Shown: in pieces, positions 37,801 to 47,700 of the stretch
Numbering within the stretch: the stretch's first letter is position 1
Layout of the letters: the number at the start of each line of letters is the position of its first letter
NCBI GenBank assembly: GCA_973895155.1
Contig: OZ316894.1
Location: forward strand, 13,511,580 to 13,575,579
Reading direction: 5' to 3'
Length of the DNA stretch: 64,000 nucleotides
Source: Marsupella aquatica
Lineage: Eukaryota; Plantae; Marchantiophyta
Notes under the pieces: generated by a model
Told to the model about the DNA's origin: nothing
Database searches by the model: none
The model's input: only the letters and a program-made list of their open reading frames with translations
Program-made: the position numbers and the translations under genes

Positions 37801-38514
37801 TGTGAGAAGTGTTGTCCATGGATAGCCGTCATTATCCCTATCCATGTCCTGAAGACCATATCCTCGACAAAATTGATCTTCCACCGGAGGAAGCTCAAAA
37901 ACGCAGTTTCCGTTGTATGAAGTGGGCAAAGTCTGCACTTGAATCTCCTTCCAATCGTTTCCCCTGCAGAAATTTGCCAACTCGCTTGACCCAGTAATAT
38001 TGAGAAAGGCATCATATGCACTAACTCGATAAAGAACTAGCTGAGATTGAAACTTGTTTTGACTCACTACTTCAAAAATGGATTTCTCATAAGACTTTGT
38101 CGACACAGAAGAGACATCCCTACCCACACTCTCAGGGGAGATGTCAATAATTTCTGGTACTGCAGGTGACGAGCGAGTCGGGGATTCTGGATCGGAAACA
38201 TTGATATGTGCAATGTCATCCTTACATGAGACTAGCTCTACATCTGAACCACACTTCAGGTCCCAAGCTCTTTCTGGCAATATTCCTGAACCATTATCCG
38301 ACACCTCGTGACTCCTGGATCCATCCCGAGAGTAAAGAACGAACAACTTCCACATGAAATCATCTTTCAAAAGCCCAAACCTCGATGAGAGAAAAGACTC
38401 CTTTACAGAGATAATAGTATTCTCCGGAACATCCAGAACAACAACATCACCCGTCGTCTTTCTCTCGATCACAACCTTCGATCCCAATGAAGACATGCTG
38501 GAAGTTTTGGACAT
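34801..38514 (-). pseudogene. Mutator-like transposase (~1200 codons): GCM-like Zn domain, MULE DDE core, C-terminal SWIM finger; 1 intron, 2 in-frame stops
   Basis: DGYPW..VRCASVLEC..C..CGFC..C..GFHDH; WVSSDV..GFIADNAEA..DAFH; intron 36376-36468 leads in phase 0 to PNCTGAESVHASM (catalytic E); same frame through stops at 36187 and 35602 to CSCEDF..CKH (SWIM). Confidence 0.85.
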
Positions 38515-38690
38515 TACAGTCTACAACAATCCCCAATGTGAGATACTTCGCTCTCTTCTTTCTCCAAATACACATGAGGAAACGAGCTTGTGTAGGTGTT
38601 GGACTCAACGTATTTATTTAATAAATACCTCTTATTCCCGTTATCTGACCGTTATTTTGTCTTATATGACACTATTTGCGGAATGATAAA

Positions 38691-38803
38691 GCTAGCGATC
38701 TCGCTAGCTCAATGAACCAAGTAAAATTGTTCAAATCCTTACAAAACACCCTTTAGGACTTCATGTATTTAGTGGTCATTTTTTGGCTAGCGATGTCGCT
38801 AGC
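38691..38803. promoter_or_regulatory. Pair of 18-bp palindromes in the divergent transposase/ParB intergenic region
   Basis: GCTAGCGATCTCGCTAGC 38691-38708 and GCTAGCGATGTCGCTAGC 38786-38803. Function inferred. Confidence 0.6.
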
Positions 38804-39188
38804 AAAAATATTTCCTCATAAGAGACCATTGTGACCGTTTATATCCGTTGGAATTGGTCAACGGGTACCTATATGTCAACGGTACGGTACAGTACCGGAC
38901 ACCTGTCTCTTTGTCATTAGATACTTTTCTTTCAGTCGTGAGTTCGGTGGTTCGTATTTCCGGAAGTACATGTATACCTGACGGTGTCTGAAAAATGATT
39001 GCGAGAAGAGTCGTACAGAATATTTGTATCTCTTTTCACGACCGGGCGCAGCATTCAGGTGAAAGCAACAGACGAGGGTACGATTCTGTCTTTGATTGGA
39101 AGATCGATTCTCGGGTTTTTTATGTTCGCAAAGCGTGTCGCCCTCGACCTTGACCTGTTCATACCCTTATCACTTCACGGACCCCCTG

Positions 39189-41132
39189 ATGGAGCCATTG
39201 TCTTCACCCAAGAGCTTGTCATCAATAGGATCGTTCAAGTCAGTCGAGTCAAGCCGAAGGGAGACCAGGTCTACAGTGAACAAGAAGGCGCTCCAGGCGG
39301 GATTGAAAACACCGAGGAGGCCCAAGACGGTGAACCAAGTAGATGTCGTGAATCCAACGTTTCAACCTGGAGCTTCAGAACCCTATTCTGTTGTCATCAA
39401 TCGCCATCTTTTCCCTTTTGGAAATGATGAATTTGGATTCCCGCTCGCTCCTCCAAGGATTCCCCTTTGCAGAATGCAAAACATGCAGATCGTTCGGTCC
39501 TTGCAAACTAACTCGACTGCAATCGAGACACTCAAGAATGAATTCCGGATGCAGGGATACATCGAAGATGCGCCTCGATTTTACGTCCAAATGACCGATG
39601 AAGATGGCCTTGTCCAGATGTGCGAGGATGTGATTCGGGAGTCGTGGGATGACATGTGGATTCTTCAGAATGAAGAATTCGAGAGGGAATGTGATTCTCA
39701 CGAAGCTTTCAAAATTTTGAAAGACAAAATGTTCTGTGTTTTCGATGGAAATCATCGTCTGTACTCATGGATGCAACTTGCGGACGAGAATCCCCATGAT
39801 GTCAAATATCATCCTCGAGTTGTTTGCCGAATTTTCAAGGGTGACAAGAACTCATTCGTGCAGATTGAGTCGGCAATGCATGCGCTGAATAGGTTTGTTT
39901 CTTTTCCTTCAAGCTGTGAATTGTATATAAAATTCTTTCATTTCCTCTTGTTAGCGATCTCGCTGACCTGGCTCTTTTGTTCAGGTTGACTCAATGTCAC
40001 GTTGAGAATTCTTGGGTCCTTGAAGCAGAGAGAGTCCACAAGGTTCTCAGTAATGACCTTTCTGTATACAAAGATATCATCGATGCAGACAACTACAAAC
40101 TTTTCCAGCAGAAGATGGCAAATATCAGGAAACCGGCTTGGTATTCGAAGAACATGACACTCGATGCCTGCACGTACATTCTGTCTGCTGCTAATATTGC
40201 AGCGCAGACGAAAGATTTGAAGAAGAAGTTTCAGTTGAAAGAAGCGCAAGGAGAACCTCTTTCAAAAGCTACGCAAGACATGGCAGTCAAAGACATGATG
40301 AAGGAGCAACTGGCAGATTGGAATGTGAAGGTGCCAAAGATTGGACCTCTCCTGAATCCTGAGTTTGGTGACTTTTTCCAGAAGTGTGTTGAGATGCACA
40401 ACTACTGCGAACATGAGAGGAAGGAGGCCCAACGAACAGACGATAAAGGAAGGGGTAATGTGTCATGTGGTCTCGATCATGCGAGGCTATTTACGGGTGT
40501 CTCGTCGTTGACTCCCCAGCTCAGATGTGTACTCCTCGAGGCACAATGCAGACCTGAGCTTAGCAAGAAGTACTTCCACCCTGGTCAATTCTCGGACAGC
40601 GAAACAAAACTTTGGCTTCACCGATGGGCTGTATGGGAGCAGGTTGAGTCAATTTGTTCTTCGCTCATGTCTGAGATTATTTCAGAGTTGATCCCAACTG
40701 TTCCAGATGCAAGGATCCTTACTTCGTCTGAGAAGACAAAGCCATCGCTGATCCTTGACATAGAGGAGGACTTTGAAGATTTCCAAACGAGAGTGAAATC
40801 TTGTTTTTTCAAACAGATTTGGCCACCAAAGTCGGGTGAGAAGATTGACATCTCACTTTTTCGGAGGAGGGCAAAGAGATATACGTATCGTTTTTTTGTG
40901 GATAGAGAAGTTGCTGACAAAACATATTGGTGGTCCTATCCTGCTTGCTTCTCGCCTTGGATAGCAGGAGTAAAAGAGGATCCGACCTCCGTTAAATATG
41001 GAGAGTACTCGATGTACCCATGTGAGGGAGTGGAGGCTCCAAGGAAGATGAGTGAGTGGGAAGTCCTTCACTGTCCATGGTATTTAGAATCAGACAAATG
41101 GGCAGTGACATTTGACACAGCAGAGAAGGCAG
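39189..41132 (+). CDS. ParB/sulfiredoxin-like N-terminal domain protein, spliced, 3'-truncated by an LTR
   Basis: IVRSLQ..AIETLKNEFRMQGY and FCVFDGNHRLYSW (39744-39758 encodes DGNHR). Intron 39893-39984 joins ORFs 39096-39989 and 39977-41158 in frame; no stops before the LTR at 41133. Confidence 0.75.
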
Positions 41133-44100
41133 TGTCACGTCATCGGCTGCGACCTTAACTCAGACTTCAGCTTAGACGGGCACATCCCTCGTAAACCTGA
41201 GGGTTTGGGCAGGAAGGGAAGCACGTAATGCACCTTATTCTCGTAAACTAGCGCTAAGTACGCATACTGCTAAATACGGACACCTCCTAGGTATGGTTTG
41301 TGTTCCGCCGCCGGAACGTACCTTAGTCGATAGCAGGATCGACCCCGGCTTAAGGGCTTCTAAGCCTTTGTGCTGTCCGCCTTTGATCCGGATTCGATGA
41401 TACAGGTCCTCAACCCGTGCTCGCAACCACTTACCCGCAGGCTGCACCCTGTGCACGTCTCGGGTAGTGCGTTCGGCCTGGCACTGCCACCTATATACGA
41501 GAAACCCACACACATACACGCGCACATGCATACAATCTCAATTTACACGAAGGAAAATGATGGGAAAAGATTTTACTACAAAGGGAACATACGCGTACAC
41601 TTAGTTGACCCGACAGCCCCGGAATGAACAGGTTCAAGGCCGAGGGTGCACACTACAACGGAGCCCGGCTCCGCACTCGCCCGACGAGCTTAGTCCTACC
41701 CCCTCCCCTTGGTACTCTTTCATTCCCAGAGGTCGGGACTCCCCGCACATACCGCGGACGCCCAACTCTGCAACTAAAAACCCCCCCTCCTCTACCGAGG
41801 GGTGCACTAAATACTAAGGGACGAGGGATGGGGTGTCCTCTCGCCGAAGATTTGCTGACTAAGGTCCTAACTAAGCTGACAGTCAGGCCGGAAAACGTCT
41901 GTGTCTTATTAGAAGATCCTAATCTACGCAGGCTGGACAACACGGCAGCGCTATTGTACCTAAGGCAGGTGCCTGTCCCAAGAGCCTGACTAAGCCAGTC
42001 CTAATCCTAATCTATTCCTACTCCGCTGCTAATGCCTGGCACGCTTGCCAGAGCCGCCCGAATGGGAGCGGCCATCCCGCTGCCTTCGAAGCCTGTCATT
42101 GTCCGCCTTGAGGAGCTGGACCTGGTCCATCAGAGATTCGTTCTCTCGCCTCGCCGCGTCCGTCTCCTCTGCTGCCTCCTGACAAGCCTCCTCCAGCTGC
42201 TGGGCGTCACTTGTCAGTTTATCCGCCAGCTGGTCCTGCTTCTCGGCCTCGGTTTGGAGCCGCGCCACCTCGGCCTGCAGCGTGGCTATCTCCACCGTGT
42301 CCCGTTGGGCCCGTTCCTCGGCCTCCTCCAGGTCTTTCTGCCAAGTGACAGTTTGATTCTTCAAACTGTCAATCTGGTTCCGGAGTCGTGTAATCTCGGC
42401 CTCGTTCCCAGCTTTGGCCTGTTCGGCTAGGGCGGTAAGAGCGTGCGCCTTTGCTAACAACTCATCGGTGGCTGCAACCTTGGGTCGTAGTTGCCAAAGC
42501 TCAGCCTCTTGAGCCGCAACTTCATTCTTTAGGTACACGGACTCCACCCGGTACCGCTCTATCCTCTGAAGGGCCTCTGACTGGGCCCGACCTGCCTTTA
42601 CTGCGGCAACCAACTCCTGATTGAAGAAACAGGCTACCTTCCGGGCCATGAACTCCCCGGTATCCCGGGCAATCTGATGAGAGAAATCTCCCAGAAGCCC
42701 GTTCAGAAATGTACCCGGTACAAAGAGTTCCGGGTGGTCCAAGTTGTGCCTGTCCAGAGTTGGGCACGGGCAGACGTCAACACGCGCGGGGGCCGGGGCA
42801 GTGACGTCCAGCCCTGGGGACGTAACGTTGGAAGGGGCTGGACTGTCCTCCTGTAGCAATGTCCGGTTCTCCGGAATAGCCACCGGTGGGTCTTTGGGAG
42901 AACCGGGTTCGGGTAAGACCTCCGCCGTACCAACTTTTGTACTTAGCCCGGCCTGTTGGGTCGCATCAACGGTTGCGACACCCGACCCATCCGGTACCTC
43001 CTCGGTTACGACTACAGCTACTTGTGGAGGTGGGGTGGGTGAAGCTGGCGTGTCCGCTGGACTTCGGGCCTCGGGTTGGGGCCGCCTCTCCAAGGCCGGG
43101 AAAACCCACCTAGCTGGGACCAGCTTTGTAACGTTGACACGGGGAAGGGTTCGTCGATCAAACCGGGCGTACCACTCAAGAATGATCTCGATGTGGCTAG
43201 CAAAATACGCCTTCCCACCAATGTACAGCGTCTTCCTTCGCCGCTCCATCTCTTCATGGAATTTCTTAGCGAAGTACAACGCCCACCTCCTAGTTGGATA
43301 GTTCTCGACCTGGATAACCTGGGCGGCGGAGATCTCCCCCCGGGGTTCCATCATGTGGAGGGCGTACCTCTGGAACTCCAGTCGCTCAGCTATCTTGGGG
43401 ATGAGGCAGGTCTTCATCACGAACCCGTTGTCCACTGCTCCCTCTACGGGAAAACTTGAAGATTGGTACTTGGCTCCCTTGCCCCCGGGAGCCCGTGATT
43501 CGACTCGATGGTCACCTTCGGGTAACCCGAAGATCATCCTGAGCCGTTCTTCCGTGAGGGACATACTCCTTCCCCGCAGCCGAGTATGTTGACGCGCGTC
43601 GTCATAATTCGTGACGAACTCCGTCATGTCCTCCCCATAGTACCTGCAAGTGTTCCTGGGGAGGGAGGCGAGGTGCTCGAATCCCTGAGTCTTCAGGTAC
43701 ACCGCATGCTTGGGATGGAGGATGTTTTTGTGAACATTTTCCCCCATGCGGTGCATCGTCACCTTGGCCACGGCTATCGTGGCCAACGGTAACCCGGATG
43801 CAGTGGCGGATTCCTTCCTCTTCTTCCCCGTGACTGGCTCAGGGAAGGTGACACCTCCCCATCCTCCCGATCGGGCCTGGGTAGTGCCACTGCCGTTAGT
43901 AACGGGCCCGGGTCGGCCACGGTCACCATGTTGTCTGCCGGGGCCGCTTCTGGGGTCAGAGCAAGGGTTGGGGACGATATAGTGTCGGCCCCCTGAGCGC
44001 TTGCTCCTCTGGGCCGCCTGGTCAAGGGTAGGGTAGCCTCGTCGTCATCGCTAAGATCCACAGCGTTGATGACGGAGTGTACTTGTGCTGGCTGGGCGAT

Positions 44101-44724
44101 CGGTGGTGGGGTTTGGCTAGGCTGCGGCTGAGGCTGAAGTTGAAGCTGAGCCTGAGGTTGTATGGGTACGGGTACGGGTATGGGTACGACTGAGTTGGTC
44201 ATGTTGGTTGCTGGCCGAGTTCCTATGAAACTCTGTAGGTGCTCGTAGAAGTTCTCCGAAGCAAGTGCAGACGACCTTGTCGAACGGGTAGTGCTGGACT
44301 CGCTGTTGATGATAGCCCGAACCTGAGCAGGGATGTGGTCGAAGCTGGCGTGTGGACTGATGGACTGGTGCACTACAAAGGGTTGGCTCCCCTTTTATAC
44401 CTTGAGGGCTTGTCGATCCCCCGACGTCTCCTCGACGCCCATAGGCTGAACCGCTCACGCTTGTGGTGTGCCGGCCACTCCGCCGGTCTGAGTCAGCGCG
44501 TGTCAGTGGCCGCTTCCTTAAGTTTGTTATACGGACCCGAGGGAGGGGCCCCTCCACGCTCGTAACCCGGGTGTGCGAATAGCGACCAGCCGCCAGTCCG
44601 AACCTGAATTCCCCCTTATTGCCTAATGATATCCTACCCATAATGATTATCTAAATATTGTCGTTATGCTAATAATAGCGGTCTAAGACACTCCTAACGC
44701 GCGTGCCGAGCGCAGTTAGACCGA
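41133..44724 (-). repeat. 3' LTR (379-bp internal deletion; inner terminus missing)
   Basis: Matches 50774-54773 apart from the deletion at GGTCGAAG (44337-44344) and loss of the last ~34 bp. Confidence 0.9.
42029..43786 (-). CDS. LTR-embedded accessory protein, 585-codon open segment (plant-transposon-protein-like domain plus coiled coil)
   Basis: GFEHLASLP..MTEFVTNYD..TRLRGRSMSLTEERLRMIFGLPEG and a C-terminal heptad-rich region; N-terminal part disrupted upstream. Confidence 0.75.
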   Translation of the reverse strand: MATIAVAKVTMHRMGENVHKNILHPKHAVYLKTQGFEHLASLPRNTCRYYGEDMTEFVTNYDDARQHTRLRGRSMSLTEERLRMIFGLPEGDHRVESRAPGGKGAKYQSSSFPVEGAVDNGFVMKTCLIPKIAERLEFQRYALHMMEPRGEISAAQVIQVENYPTRRWALYFAKKFHEEMERRRKTLYIGGKAYFASHIEIILEWYARFDRRTLPRVNVTKLVPARWVFPALERRPQPEARSPADTPASPTPPPQVAVVVTEEVPDGSGVATVDATQQAGLSTKVGTAEVLPEPGSPKDPPVAIPENRTLLQEDSPAPSNVTSPGLDVTAPAPARVDVCPCPTLDRHNLDHPELFVPGTFLNGLLGDFSHQIARDTGEFMARKVACFFNQELVAAVKAGRAQSEALQRIERYRVESVYLKNEVAAQEAELWQLRPKVAATDELLAKAHALTALAEQAKAGNEAEITRLRNQIDSLKNQTVTWQKDLEEAEERAQRDTVEIATLQAEVARLQTEAEKQDQLADKLTSDAQQLEEACQEAAEETDAARRENESLMDQVQLLKADNDRLRRQRDGRSHSGGSGKRARH

Positions 44725-47700
44725 GGCGTCGTCATCTTGATGGTGGTACTTTTTTACACGATCGTAGCTGATTCGTGTGGGGAGTAAATCGCCGGCATAC
44801 GTCGCAAGCTCCAAAGATCCGTTACGGTAGATCTGATTGACAAGGAAGGGCCCTAACCACCGGGTATGAAGCTTCCCTGGAAACTACATGTACCTACTAT
44901 CGTACAGAAGGACTAGATCGCCTGCCACGACGTCGACCCTCCGTAGTCCTTTGTCGTGCTGCTTCTTCGAAGTTGCCTGTTTCTTCACGGCGTGTCGAGC
45001 TGCTAGTAGCCATGCTTCTTCCAAGGCTTCAATCTGATAAGCTCGGTCTGACAAACTTTCAGATTCAGGTAAGCAATCCCGAATGCTGACTCGTGGAGTG
45101 TGTACTTCAAACTTGACGGGCACTAACGAATGTTGGCCGAACACAAGAAAGTACGGGCTGTGACTCGTAGTAGTTTTGTAAGCGAGATTATACGAGTACA
45201 CCGCTGCGTATAACTTATCATCCCAATCCGTTTTGTGCGCAACTACAGTTTTGTTGAGGATCTTCCCAATGATACCATTTGCCCTCTCCGCCATCCCGTT
45301 GGCTTTAGGATGATACGGGGTAGTCTTGCGGTGCTTGACTAGGTAACGCTCCGTAAGCTGGGCTACGGTATCATTGAGGAAGTGGGTTCCACGGTCGCTT
45401 ACCAATTCTAAGGGCGGGCCGAATCGGGTGAAAATCTGTTCCTATAAGAATCTGGCACTGGTTGCGGCATCGTCCTTTACCGTAGCCCGTGCTTCGACCC
45501 ACTTGGTGGAGTAATCAATAGCTAGTAGGATGTACCTGCATCTTTGCCTTCGGGTAACGGGAGTAAATGGCCCGATATAATCAATTCCCCATTTTTTGAA
45601 TGGTGCCAATGGGAGCACAGATGTGAGCGAGTGATGATGAGCCCGTCTTGGGGCCCCAGCCCGCTGACACAGGTCACAGCCCTTAATGAAGCGCTGTACA
45701 TCCCGATGCAACGTCGGCCACCAATACCCCGAGTCCAGAATCTTTCGGGCTATCGTGACCGCCGCGAAATGGCCTCCAGCTTCTTCTTCATGCAAGGCCC
45801 GCATCACGATAAGCGTCTCCTTATACTCCAAGCAGCGTCATAACTTCCCATTAACTCCTTCCTTATGTAGGTGACCCTGTACCATGACGTAAGGCCCGGC
45901 TTTCTGTAGAAACACAGCGGCGGCCTCCTGATTGATGCCGTCAGGGATGCAGCCTGTTAAAAGGAAGGTGATTATCGAGCCGTACCACGTTGGTGTCCCC
46001 TCCCCTACGTGGAACAACTCCTCATCCGGAAAAATATCATCAATTGGCTGATCGACTGGTATGCCGTCCAACCGTGAAAAGAAGTCGGCATTGAGGTATG
46101 CCTTTCCTGGCCGAACCCGAACTTCGTAGTTAAATTCCTGGAGAAGTAGCACCCAACGGGCTATCCGTCCCGTTACGTCTGCTTTGTTGACCATGTACTT
46201 CAGGCTGTCGTGATCCGTGTGGAAGATGACCTTGTAGCCGAGCAGATAGTGCCGGAACTTCTTACATGAGTAGATTATGCCCAGTGCCTCTCGATCCGTG
46301 GGGGAATAATTTTTTTCGGCTGTGAATAATTGTCGGCTAGCCAAGTAGATGGGGTGATCGCGTCCGTCTATATCAAGCTGACTAAGCACAGACCCGATAC
46401 AGAACCCTGACACGTCAACATACACGTGGAACTCCTTCTTCTAGTCTGGAGTGACCATGATAGGTGCGGTGGTGAGTCTTTTACGGAGTTCTTCGAAAGC
46501 AACCCGTCTCCTTGGGGTCTCCTTGATCACCGCATCCTTTTTCATCATCTTTGTTAGGGGCAAAGCTATTTTAGCAAAATCTTTAATGAACCGACGATAA
46601 TACCCTACGCAGCCCAAGAAGGATCGTACTGCTTTTTGATCCACGAGGAACACCACTGCCATCCAGGCCGCAACTTTCTCTTGGTCCACCTCAATGCCCC
46701 GTTTGGACACACGATGCCCGAGTAACACCCCCTCCTCTACCCCGGAGAAGCATTTGGCGGGATGTAGTTTGAGGTTAACATCTCGGCATCGTTGCAACGT
46801 TCGTCTTAGGTGTTCGGGGTGCATGGCAACGGTTCCGAAGATGGCCAAGTCATCGATAAATATCTCCAGAAATTCCCGTAGGAAATCGTGGAAGATATTC
46901 ATCATCAGGCGCTGAAACATGGCCGGGGCGTTACACAGACCAAAAGGCATCCTCCGAAATGCGAAAGTCCCCCACTCCGTCGTGAAAGTTGTTTTGAGCT
47001 GATCCGCGAGGCGAATCCAGATTTGGTTATAACCTGAATACCCGTCAAGAAATGTATAGATTTCATTTCGGGCTACCATATCTAGAACCATATCCGTGAA
47101 TGGTAATGGGTAATGGTCTTTGCGGGTTGCGTCGTTCAGCCTACGGTAGTCCTGACAAATACGAATCTTAGGTTTTCCATCCGTACCTCCCTTCTTGGGT
47201 ACAATGACAATGGGAGAGACCCAGTTGCTGGCCATTACCGGGTAGATGATATCGGCGGTGAGGAGACGATCAATTTCCTCCTTCACTAAGATGGAGTACC
47301 TCGGGTTCATGCGACGTTGTTGCTGCCGTACCGCATGGGCTCCTAGGTTCAGATCGATCGTGTGTTCTCCCAACTCGGGGGAGACGCCTGTTAAATCATG
47401 ATGACTCCATGCAAACACATCTTCATATTCCTTGAGCAAAGCTTGGATGGATTTTTCAGCCTCCCCTGTCAGAGCGTGGCCCAGGTTAAAAGATTTGTCC
47501 ATCCCAATGGTGTACTTCCGGTAGTGCTCCTTCCTGATGACTTCAACCTGGTTTCGCAAGCTCGGGTCCAGGCTCGCATCAAGCTCGGCTAACCGAACTC
47601 CTCCGTACATGGGTGGAACCGGGATTGGTCTCGGGATTGGAGTTACTTCCTCCAATTGCGGAATGGACGGATCCCATGAGACTCGTTTCTTATGTCTCGG

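Larger units (their letters stand above)
29490..41132. mobile_element. Putative large Mutator-like DNA transposon with cargo genes; right part lost at the LTR junction, left end approximate
   Basis: MULE transposase, ParB-like and MTase-like genes share 91-93-bp introns and CTAGCG-based palindromes across the span. No TIR/TSD pair visible. Confidence 0.6.
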
